Positions 1 through 10,892 of a stretch of 64,000 nt of DNA are shown here, piece after piece. Position 1 is the first letter of the stretch; the number at the start of each line of letters is the position of its first letter. Source of the DNA: Schmidtea polychroa (taxonomy: Eukaryota); NCBI GenBank assembly GCA_044892525.1, contig CM097885.1:19098001-19162000 (forward strand), written 5' to 3'. The position numbers and the translations under genes are program-made. Under the pieces are notes generated by a model, which had not been told where the DNA came from, ran no database searches, and was given only the letters and a program-made list of their open reading frames with translations.

Positions 1-430
1 CTTAATATCATCTATTATAAATCGTGTATTCTGAATTTTGGACGTTGTTTCTGGGTTCCTTTGGGTATCTGAGGAAGTTCATAATGTATTGCATTACAAA
101 TAAACCAGAGTCATATTTAAAGTTTTGCTTTGAATAGTTATTTATGCTCAATATCTGGAATTTGATTTCTTTTTTCCGCGTTTAAGTTGAGGATACTGCC
201 CATTTTTCTCTTAATGGCTGTTTTCTGATCTTAGGATACATTATCACAGATTTTTAATCTTTTTTCTTAGCTAGGTACACTGTCCAGTGTCCACCATTCC
301 AATGGATCAACCAAATAGTTTGTTCCCATCTCACAAGTGTATCTATATTTAGTTTTTTGAACAAGGTTTTTCTGTTATTATTGTGTGTTTTTTTAAATGC
401 TGTTCAAATTTCAGGAAGAGAGTTTGATTT
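1..430 (-). mobile_element. Degenerate Ulp1/C48 peptidase fragment, probably from a NeSL-type non-LTR retrotransposon
   Basis: Minus-strand translation gives IWLIHWNGGHWTVYL (catalytic His motif) and SKQNFKYDSGLFVMQYI (Q...DCG motif with Ser in place of Cys), with a stop codon in between. Confidence 0.55.
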
Positions 431-1968
431 GGTTTTATATCCTATTATTATGGAAAAATAATTTTGCAAATCAAATTACGAGGCATCATTTACGCTTCTA
501 TGCTTGAAAAGATTAAATTTCTTTTAAGAATGAGATCAAACCCTATGTTTCAATATTAGCTAGATATAGACAACATTTCGCATACTTTTCAATTTATTAA
601 TAAAACAATTAAGAAACTAAAGTTTTCTAAAATGTTGAAAGTAAATCTTAGGAAGACTTAAAAATTATAATATTAGATGATTTAATATATTCATGATTGT
701 AAAAAATATTTATAAAGTGATGAATTCTTGTTAGCAGCATTAATTAAATGTTAAACAATTAAATGATAATTTAAGCCTTTTTACTGAGAGGTAGATATGA
801 AAGAATTTTCAATTATAAAAATAATAATTATTTATAGTTGAACATTCTTTCATTTTATTAAATATATACTTCGAAGTAAAAGGCTTAATTTTTTAAGGTA
901 AAATATATGATTATAAAACCAACAACTAAAAATGTTATTTCTTAGTGTGTACCAAAATAACACTTAACTAATTAATTATAAAAATTCATTTTCAATTAAA
1001 AAAAGAAATAATAAAAGCTGATTTACGTAAGACCAATATGTCACCATCCAAGTGAAAATATATTTAATTTATTATTTTTCAATGAATTAAATGAACATAA
1101 AAGTCATAAATTAAGATAACTTATTATTATATTTATTTTAAAGAAAAATAATTTAAATAATAGAAAATGAATATCTTTTGTATAATTCACCACACTAATA
1201 CACGTCTACCAAAACATTGATGTATAAAACATATTCAAACTGTTTATTTGAATACCAACCATCTTTTAGTTATGGGAAACGATAAAATCATTTTTTTTTA
1301 TTTATTTCATTATTTTTATAAATTATAAATATGTCACTATGAACATTTGTGATTTTGAAAAAAAGAGTTTATTTGGTTCTTCGATCCCCTCTTATTATTT
1401 TTAAATTATTGACTGTTCTATTTAGTATTAATACATTTTAATACATACCAATTTAATATATTTTTCATTTTAAAATTATAATTGATGTACATAGTAATGT
1501 TTCTTATTAGTTTTTTTCTACTACATAATATAAGAACTTTGATCTCAAGGCAACAAAAGTCTTAAGAATGATATTTACATATATTATAAAACTTCAATTT
1601 ATATGTTATATTATAAAGTTTATCTATAAAAAGTGCTAAATAATAAATAATTTCTTACATTAACCCCTTCGTTGCGACCATATAGAAATGCTGTGTGTAA
1701 CATGATAATTTGGTAATGTAATTTTGTTAAAACAAAGGATTTTTTATAATAAAACTTATATAGGGTTCCAAAGACTATATACAAAAAAATAACATTTTAC
1801 ATACATCTCACCTGAATTCATTAATATTTTACGTGAATTTTATCCCAAAACATGACTATAGTAAAATAAATAACTAGATATGGAGATCGAATTTTGATGA
1901 AAATATGAATACTAATAAAAATCTTTGAAATATGAGCCAATGCAAATATAAAGGATGCTTATAACTAT

Positions 1969-2112
1969 TAGGGTTGCAAGGTGACACCTTAAAGAATACC
2001 GGACAAAATTTTAAAATAAACCTTAGACTATGATATTTCTAATTTTTTCCCACCGGACAAGTAGTTGAATTAACGGACTGTCCGGTTAAAAACCGGATAC
2101 CTAGCAACCGTA
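1969..2112. mobile_element. hAT-type MITE
   Basis: TIRs TAGGGTTGC / GCAACCGTA; 8-bp TSD ATAACTAT / ATAACTAG; internal CCGGAC motifs. Confidence 0.75.
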
Positions 2113-2934
2113 ATAACTAGGTAAAAAACTATACAAATTCAAACTATTAAAAATACCGAAAATCCTGTGAATAAATATCTCATCTAATCTAACTAATAAC
2201 TTGTTCATACACAAAATATCTTTACCCTGACAAATATTTGCTTCTTAATTTTCATTTCCTTGCTCTTAATAACCTTTTTACCAAGCTCCTTGATAACATT
2301 TATATAACCGTTTCTTAACTGTTTTATATGCCTTATTTCTTTTGTTTAACTTCAATAATTATGATAACCTTTTCTCTAATTTATGATCTTTTATAAACCT
2401 TTACACATTTAAATTTGAGTTTTGTTCTTCCTTAATATTAACCTATTTTTGAAAATCTTTTGAAAATCTAATATAATCAAATTTTTATTTATATTTTAAA
2501 AAATATGCAAATTAAAACAAATGTCTCAAAGTTTTATATGACTAAGTTTTTAATAATTTGACTTGATTTTCGACAATTAAAAAGAAATTTACTAGAAGAA
2601 ATTTTCTTTTTAAATTGAAGCCCCAGGTGAAAATTGGATGGAATTTTGAAAATTAAAAACTGGAAAAACCCACCGAATTAAAAATCAATAAAATATTTTG
2701 AGATTTTTCTGATAATAATTAATTGGATTTTATTTGTCTTTTGGGCTGTTTTAATATGGAGATTTAATTAAATTGTTTAGTGGATATTTTGAAATTTTAT
2801 TATATGACTCAATTGATAAAAGTTATTTAATAATTAATGTTTTTTTATCTAATGAGCTTCAGATATTATTATACATGAAAATTATTATAAAATATATTTA
2901 TATACATTTATAATAAAATTATTATTATATAGAG

Positions 2935-3451
2935 CAGTGATTTCCAACCTTTTCATGCTTGTGACACACTTTTTAGACTTCCATCATTTCGCGGCACAAC
3001 AAATCAGTTTTACCAGAAAACCAGATGTCATACAACTTACGCCATTTGGTAAACCGTTATACAAGAGACGATGAAACATATTTAAATATAAATATAGAAA
3101 TAAATGGCAGAAAAGGATAGCTCATGACTGAAAACAAGATTTAATATGGATGGTATCGTTTATAAGTAACAATATATAATTAATTAAGAATTAAAAAATT
3201 TGAATAACGCCAATATATATTTACAATTTTAATGAGATATTTAAGCTGGATGGAAGAACACAACCTTTGAATATTTGATGGAATATTAGATAATGAGACT
3301 CGCATTTCGTCATCAAGCATTTTTAAGCTTTAATCGTTAAAAAGTTTATAAAATTAAGGGACTCTGTGGCTTTTCATTATGTTCACGCAACACGCCTATG
3401 CAGCGCTGCCGACACACTAAAGTGTCGCGACACACCGGTTGGAAAGCTCTG
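2935..3451. mobile_element. Non-autonomous hAT element
   Basis: TIRs CAGTGATTTCCAACC / GGTTGGAAAGCTCTG; exact 8-bp TSD ATATAGAG. Confidence 0.85.
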
Positions 3452-3456
3452 ATATA

Positions 3457-5065
3457 GAGTGAGCTAAAAAGTATGGAAACATGAGATAGATATTTGTTTC
3501 TTTTTAACCATGTTGTGGTACAGAAATGATACTATTTGTAAAACAATATGATGTTTTTAAGATTATTTTTATTGTTATTTTGTAAATATACTAAACTTTG
3601 AATCAAAAAAGTATGGAAACATTTTACATTTCTATGATTTTGTTTAAGTGCATCATTTTAGCATGTGTTTCTGGAATTTTCTACGACAGTATAAACGAAG
3701 CATTGATCATTTCATTTCTATTCCGAATGAACTTTCTTTACAACTCAGCAGTCTCATACCTACAAAAAGGTACTTTGCAGGCAATATTCAAGAAAGAATG
3801 GTGGACCTTTATATTAATTGTTGAAGGATGAAAATTGACATTGCAAGGCTTCTGCATTTCAGCGCGGTATTGTGACTAAAGTTTTCAAAAAATATCAAAA
3901 CTGTTGAAGTGTTCAAGATGCAAAAATATGTGAGAAACCTCGCAAAACAGACAAATACATGGATCGAATTATCGTAAACGAGGTCCAAAAGACCCATTCA
4001 TAACTGCCAAAGCCATTCAAGACAACTTGAACCTCCATCACTTGAGCAAGTAAACTATTTGAAACAGACTGATTAGCGTTGGACTTCATGCACGCAATTC
4101 TGCTAAAAAGGCCTATGTTTCAGCTAAGAATTGCCGGGAAAGAATTGGTTCTGCCAAAAAGCACATAGGCTGAACTACTGTACTCTGGTCTGATGAATCA
4201 AAGTTCAACCTTTTTGGTTCCGATGGTCGATGTAAAGTTTGGCGCCAAAATCGAGAAAAATGCAATCCTCTGTACCAAAAACCAACTGTCAAGCACAGAG
4301 GTGGCAATGTTCTTGTTTGGGAAACTTTCTCGAAATATGGAACGAGTCCACTCTCACAGATCATCGGCATCATGGACAGATTTGTGTACCGTGACATCCT
4401 TGAAAAGGTAATGTTGCCATATGCCAGAGTAAGACTGCCATATAAATGGAAATTTCAGCAGGACAACGATCTAAAGCATTCCTCGAAAGTTCTACAAGAG
4501 TGGTTGGCGAAAAAAGGTCAATGTCCTTAAATGGCCATCACAATCTCCGGACCTTAGTCCAATCGAACATATTTGAGATAAGATTGGTAGACGTCTTGCA
4601 GCTCAACATTCCTCGAACGCCAATCAGCTGTATAAGAATCTTCAGGAAATTTGGTCTGAGATTCCTATTAGCATTTGTGAGTGGCTTGTGGGCTCAATGC
4701 CACGACGTTGTCAGGCAGTTTTGGATGCTGGTGGATATCCTACAAAATATTAATTATTATCTTGATGTAAACTTTTGTTGACATTGCCATTCACTCAGTA
4801 TTTATTCTGTATTTATTCAGTCAAACAGAAAATAACAAAATGTTTACATACTTATTTGTTTCAAAATTTTGCAATTTATTTTAAAACCAAATACAAAAAG
4901 GGTGTCACTTTTTTCTTACATTTTTTCACTGATTGTACCTTCAGAAAACCCACATAAAACTGTACCAAGAACCACTAACGGAAAAATTCATGGCATTCGC
5001 AGAATAAAATGATATAAGAAGAAACAAATTTCTATCTTATGTTTCCATACTTTTTTTGCTCACTG
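3457..5065 (+). mobile_element. Tc1-family transposon (1.6 kb, IR/DR-type ends), transposase disrupted
   Basis: TIRs (G/C)AGTGAGC..AAAAAGTATGGAAAC with inner repeats near 3605 and 4845; TA flanks; motifs VLWSDESKFNLFGSDG, PTVKHRGGNVLVW, FQQDNDLKH, WPSQSPDLSPIEH, MPRRCQAVLDAGGYPTKY. Confidence 0.95.
3745..4753 (+). pseudogene. Tc1 DDE transposase pseudogene
   Basis: Canonical Tc1 DDE motifs interrupted by stops and frameshifts; 5' boundary approximate. Confidence 0.9.
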
Positions 5066-5812
5066 TATAATATAAACTTTTAAGTTTGTTAAAGAAGAGA
5101 AAATAATTTTGTGGTTTAGCAAAATATGCAAATGATAAATAATTTCTTTTAGGACACCCACTGAATGTGGTCTTTCATTATTTTATTAAAAAAAAATTTA
5201 AAAAATAAAAGAATTTAATTAAGTGACGAAGTCCGAACCCAGTCACCTCTGTAGTAGACCTATATAATTCTTCAAGATAACTTCAAATCTTTGAACAGCC
5301 TTTATCGAGATTTATATAATCATTTGGACATGATAAAATGTTATATAAATATTCTCAAATTAGAATTTAATTGCTTTAATATTAATATTTTCATAGGAAA
5401 TCAACACGTTGTGCTCACACCTGTAAATAATTTTGTATTTCCCGAGCAATAATAACAACCTAATTAGCTTTTCAAACTTTGGATTTATAAATTCTTTTTA
5501 AAATTCCTTGTCATGTCTGAGTTAAAATAAAATTTCATTCGTGTTAAGTTTATATTTCTTATTGATAACGTGATATTAATCATGGAGAACCTCAAAATAA
5601 TTTACCCTCGTAATCATAACTTAAAAAAATCATAATTACTTTCAAATGTGGCTCTCTTTACTGTCAGTGTCATTCAAGTATTGGAATTTAGTTTTGCAAA
5701 TGTAGAAAGATTCGCATTTGCACATATCTCAAATATATTAATGCCTGACTATGCGTACATCATCATGACAGAAATTTGTCGGAAATGGATTTTATACTTA
5801 AAGATGTTTTCA

Positions 5813-6029
5813 CCCCTTAACGCACATACTTGAGCGTAACTCGAATAAGTTTTACTGCCAAATTTGTGCTTATCCGAAAGATTTTTGGGTATACGAGATA
5901 TAAATTTTTAACTTTAATTTGAATTAAACACTTTATTTTCTTACTATAATATTCATGTATGTATATTTGAGTTTTGAATAAAAAATGATTTATTTTTGCC
6001 GTTGTATCAAAAAAACGTGCGTTAAGGCG
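5813..6029. mobile_element. Degenerate piggyBac-like MITE
   Basis: Inverted termini CCCCTTAACGCAC / GTGCGTTAAGGCG; flanks only resemble TTAA. Confidence 0.5.
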
Positions 6030-6525
6030 TTATTATAAAGTCTCACATAAAATGTTTAATTCACATTTGTATCATATTTTATTAAAAATATTATTTTTAA
6101 ACATATTAAAATGTATTTAGAAAAAGGAAATATTATATCTTAACTCCAAAATTAGCCATAATTAACACTATAAAAAATTTATTAAATACGAAATTCTTGT
6201 ACAGCTGAGATCGGAATTTGATTAGTTCATGATATTGATTGTATTGTAGTTCAGGTACTGGATGATGAATTACATATAAATCTCTGGTGAACTTCGTCTT
6301 TACTTTACGGTCCTCCATTTTTGAACGTTTTTTTCTATTATCTTATTTAAACAAATTTTTTTAAATCTTTTTATTTTTATTCCTGTAATTACAAATTTTG
6401 AACATTTTAAGCCTTTTTTTTGAAGAAAGCGCTAAATGTTTACTGAGAATCTAAGGTTACATCTAAATATTATAAAATCATAATTTGAAGTCAAAGTACC
6501 TGTTGAAATTCTTTTCTTTTCAATT

Positions 6526-6650
6526 GACATTGTATTTATTAAAAAAACATTGATCAAAATCACTTGAAAAAGGCAGTGCCTCAAATTCGTGAATATAAAA
6601 GAAACATCGATATCTTTACTGATATCAAGTTTTTTAATAAATACAATGTC
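6526..6650. repeat. Penelope pseudo-LTR-derived foldback repeat with a decayed hammerhead motif
   Basis: Inverted arms GACATTGTATTTATTAAAAAA / TTTTTTAATAAATACAATGTC; same family near 19446, 48018, 52280, 62661 and 63950. Confidence 0.65.
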
Positions 6651-7656
6651 TTTTTTCAAAGGTTATATATGATGACTGTATTTCTTAATATTGTATTTCT
6701 TAATACTATATTTCTTAACATTTCTTAATAATAATTAAATTAATCAAATTTTAAATTAAATTTTAAATTAATTAATACCAAGAAAATAATTGAAATATAA
6801 ATATTAAAACTGCTATTTTGAAAAGCCAAATAAGAGTACAAAAAGTAAAAGCAACATAAATTTGTACACATTTTTACAAAATAAGTTTAAAGTCTTGCGG
6901 TCAGTAGCTTGCCCATTTTTTCTCTAAATCAAACCACATGAATAATTTGGAAAAATAAAATAATATTTTAAATTAAATATATTTTCTTTTTAATTGAATT
7001 TTTAATTTAACTTAATATCTTATAAAACTTTTTTTTAATTTTTCTTTATAAAATCAACACGAATCCCTTCTACAAATGAACTTAGAAACCTTTCCATATA
7101 ATTCAGTATTAAATCAAAAAAATGATAAACGTTAAGGTTACCCATTTTCAAAAGAAACCGATATTTTAAGATTTTTATAAAAAACTAGTTTTGCCAAAAA
7201 AATAGAAAATTGTTGAAAACATAAAATATTATTAATAAATATAATTTTATTTATTTATTTTTTAATGGAATCTATTTCGACTCGTTCAATGTCAATCAAA
7301 TTTCTCTAAGAAATAATTAATTCTTAAGAAGTAAAAAGAATTTTTATTTTGATTTAATTAATTTTTTTCAGAAAGGTTTCGGTTTGTTTACTGGATTTTC
7401 GTCTAGGAAATATATAAGTGTATTCGCACTCTAATAAAAATTCACATTTCTAAGAAAATTAAAATATAAAGTTGACAAAATATTTATTTTTTGCTGTTTC
7501 ATAAGAGCATGTATTTTCATAGTTTTGTAAACAAAGATTTATAGAAACTTTTTTATTTAATTAGTGATCTAGATTCTATTGTTTTCTAGATCTGCACTTT
7601 TTAATGAAATAAAATGAACGGTCGTTTTAATCAAAACTTTTGCTTTTAAACTAAGC

Positions 7657-7905
7657 CAGGGTAAGGAACCTGCGGCCTCCGCAGCCTTATCAAAATAAAT
7701 CTTAATTTATATAAAAAACCATGAATTTTGAGGATTTACAAATAAAAATGCTTATGACTACTGAATTGTATATATACCGTACTGTACAAGCATCCCGCCG
7801 AGTAAAAAGAACGAAATATAAACGAAATACTTTTTGACTGCGGCCTCTTTTGAAGGCGACAAATTTCAATGTGGCCTATGGAAATAAAAAGGTCCCCCAC
7901 CCCTG
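7657..7905. mobile_element. hAT-type MITE
   Basis: Termini CAGGG...CCCTG; exact 8-bp TSD AACTAAGC; internal GCGGCC motifs. Confidence 0.85.
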
Positions 7906-10342
7906 AACTAAGCAGTCACATATTGAATTTTTTACTGGTTTTCATTTCTCTCAATTATTTTCTTTTGTGCAACGGAAAAATGAAAATAATAATCAAAATC
8001 AAAGTGAAGTTGTTATTTCAGTGGAATACACCAAATCATATAAATTATATGCAACAAAGACAAATATTATGGATAGATGGTAAATTAACTCATTACCACG
8101 GATGGTAGTCAAATGACGACTCTATTTTTATATTTTTTATTTGTTACTATGTATTTTTAATGATGAAATTGAAATATATTACATACACAAAAAATATTAT
8201 TGTAAGATATTACCTATATAAAGGGATATACTGAGATAACTAAACGCATGTCATTTATCTATTTCTGCAAAAAAAATTTTTTAAATCTGGGCCTTAATGG
8301 GTTAATACACCAATACATCACTTTGCGTCCTTAATTGGTTATGTAGAAATACTACACAAGTGAAAAGACGCAAATTGAAGCAGCATTTTTCATGTATTTT
8401 TTGTGAAATTATATTTGAACTTCACTCTCACATTTTTATTTTAATTGTTTCACATTGTATTTTTTCAATATTTCATTAAAATTACTGAGAATTATAAAAC
8501 AATGTCTATGCTTTACAGACAAAATCAAGACAAGATGAGGTATTAGTGTGTTTATATTTTTCATTAGATTTATATTTTTGAAAAGTATTTTTAAATATTT
8601 TTTATATATTTAATATTAATAAAGTTCGTGTTTATTATAAATTTCATGTCATTTATGATTAATTTTCTAAAAGGCAAAATTTATTAAATTTTATTTAAAT
8701 ATAGAATTTTAAAGAAATTATAAAATCTTTTTATTCTCAAATAATATCGGGAAATTTCCTTTATATTATTGTACCATTTACTTCCCGTTCCGTAACTTTG
8801 ATTAATATTTTAAATCTTTTTCGGAATACCTAAAAATAACTAACTTTGAATTTCATATTTCCTTTTTAAATTACGATTTTGATGGTTTTCTTCGATATTT
8901 TCCATAATTTTGTGTAATTTATAATCAATTTTCAAATTTTATAAAAAGGTTTAAAATTAGAGTTAACATAGCTAGAATGTTGTAAAACGTTTGAAATATT
9001 CTCAAATTACATGTTTCTAGAATTACAAATGTTCATGCTCTTAATCTTTCTTTTTTTTAAAGAGTTTTTCTGCATAGTCTGTGTTTTTATTTTATTTAAT
9101 TTCCACCTATCGTCCATAATTATTATACTTATACTAAACCTTAATTTATGAATAAACGTACCTTAATGTATGCCTTTTGATGTAATTGTTTTCAATATAT
9201 TGGGAGGTTAAAAGTTATGTGTACTTGGTAATTGATTAATCATTTAGTTGGCTGTTGGTTAGCTACATTATTTCTAAACTGAATCTGTTATAAAAAGGTG
9301 TAATATAAATCACATTCGTGTGACATAGTTTAAAAGAGTAAGTTACAAAAAATTAAAAAAACAGTTAAAGAGTTTGTTTAATTATATTAATGACGTGCCT
9401 GAAATAATGACGTGCTTTTGACTGAATGTCACAAATGTGTGTGCATGAATCGGGCATTGTTCACATTTTTTGGCTTATAAAAAATTCAAATTAGGTATGT
9501 ATCACTTATTGACAACAAAATAATATAAGGTATTATTGGTTGTTTTTTTCTTAACAACTCTGATTTGTATATTCTTAATTTTATTAGTATTTTTAAATTA
9601 ACGAATGTTATTGTTATTATAATTACTTACATTTCGTTTTAATGAACATATTTTAATTTATTTATTTAATAAAAATTTAATACATCTCACAAGTATTAAA
9701 ATTATATTTTATTTGGTATATAATGTTATGTGAGTATTTAGTTGTATTATTTACCCATTCAATTGTACATTTAATAAAAAAGTTAGAAAAATTTAAAATT
9801 AATGTATTAAACAAGAAAAGATAGTGGTAGCAAGTAAAAAGATAAATCCAATAATTTTAAATCAACAAAGGGGGTGGGGGCAAATTATGCAAATTATTAA
9901 TTAAAGTTTGGTTGATAGCAATTGTTTCTTTTGGCAAACAAATTTCCGAATTTTACAAAAGGCTTTGTTATTAAAAAGAACAGTATAAAAAGGCAAAAAT
10001 AAACTTAGTTAAATTCGCCATTTAACGTCATTATAAAATTGTACACCCGGCATTCTTATCAAAATTATCTAAAATATTATTTTGTTAAAAAATAGTTTAT
10101 CTTTAAAATTAGTTATTAGATTTATTAAAATTTGTGTATTTATTAGTGAAAATATTTCACTATTAATTAAAATAGGCCAGGACTGAAACTTTCAGAAATC
10201 CAATACATTTACATATTACTAAAATATTACTAAAAATATTCTAAATAGAATTTGTATTTTTTATTAATATTTATTAATTTATAAAAACATTTAAATATTT
10301 TACTTTTTTTCTGATTGATTAGTTTCGGAAAATCCTCACCAC

Positions 10343-10827
10343 CAAGGCGGGATTTACTATTAGGCCAACTGAGGCCATCGCCTAAGGGCGCCAAGCAAAA
10401 TGAACGGCTTTAATTTAGTAAACAAGAAAAAAGATACTGGTTTTCTGTATATGAAAAATAAAAAAAATCTGATTTCCTAGTTAAACTGTCAAAAAAAATT
10501 ATCGGTTATTGGATTCTGTAAATATCTTTTGATGACTAAATTGTGAATCTTATTGGTTACTGTAATATGTCTTTTCGTTCAATTATAAGGGTATTTTTTA
10601 AACCTTAAAATAAAATTTATAACTTTGAATAATACTGTAATTATAATTATAATAATTATAATAATTATAATAATAATTATAATAATTATAATTTCATAAT
10701 ATTAATTAATTGATTATTAATTATTTTTTGTTCTTTCTATATTAGAATGGAGAAGAAAATAAGTGGATTTCGAAATAGAAAACTAGCTAAAGAAAAGCAA
10801 GAAAAAATTCAGTTACATCCAGCACTG
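10343..10827. mobile_element. hAT-type MITE just downstream of the protocadherin ORF
   Basis: Termini CAAGGCGGGAT / ATCCAGCACTG; TSD CTCACCAC / CTCACTAC; contains (TAATTA)n at about 10638-10695. Confidence 0.65.
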
Positions 10828-10892
10828 CTCACTACCCTTTAGATGTTTATGGCTGTACTAGTATCATAAATATTTCATTCAAAAATGTCAAT

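Noticed and set aside
6133..6318. Candidate downstream protocadherin exon
   Set aside because: The best acceptor (about 6384) leads to stops in all three frames and no cytoplasmic motif is recognisable
1660..8306. TTAACCCC (about 1660) and GGGTTAA (about 8300) as ends of one piggyBac
   Set aside because: The inner TIR sequences do not match each other
9388..9465. Two AATGACGTGC motifs plus a Sox-like CATTGTT as an enhancer
   Set aside because: Short motifs alone are insufficient without conservation or chromatin data
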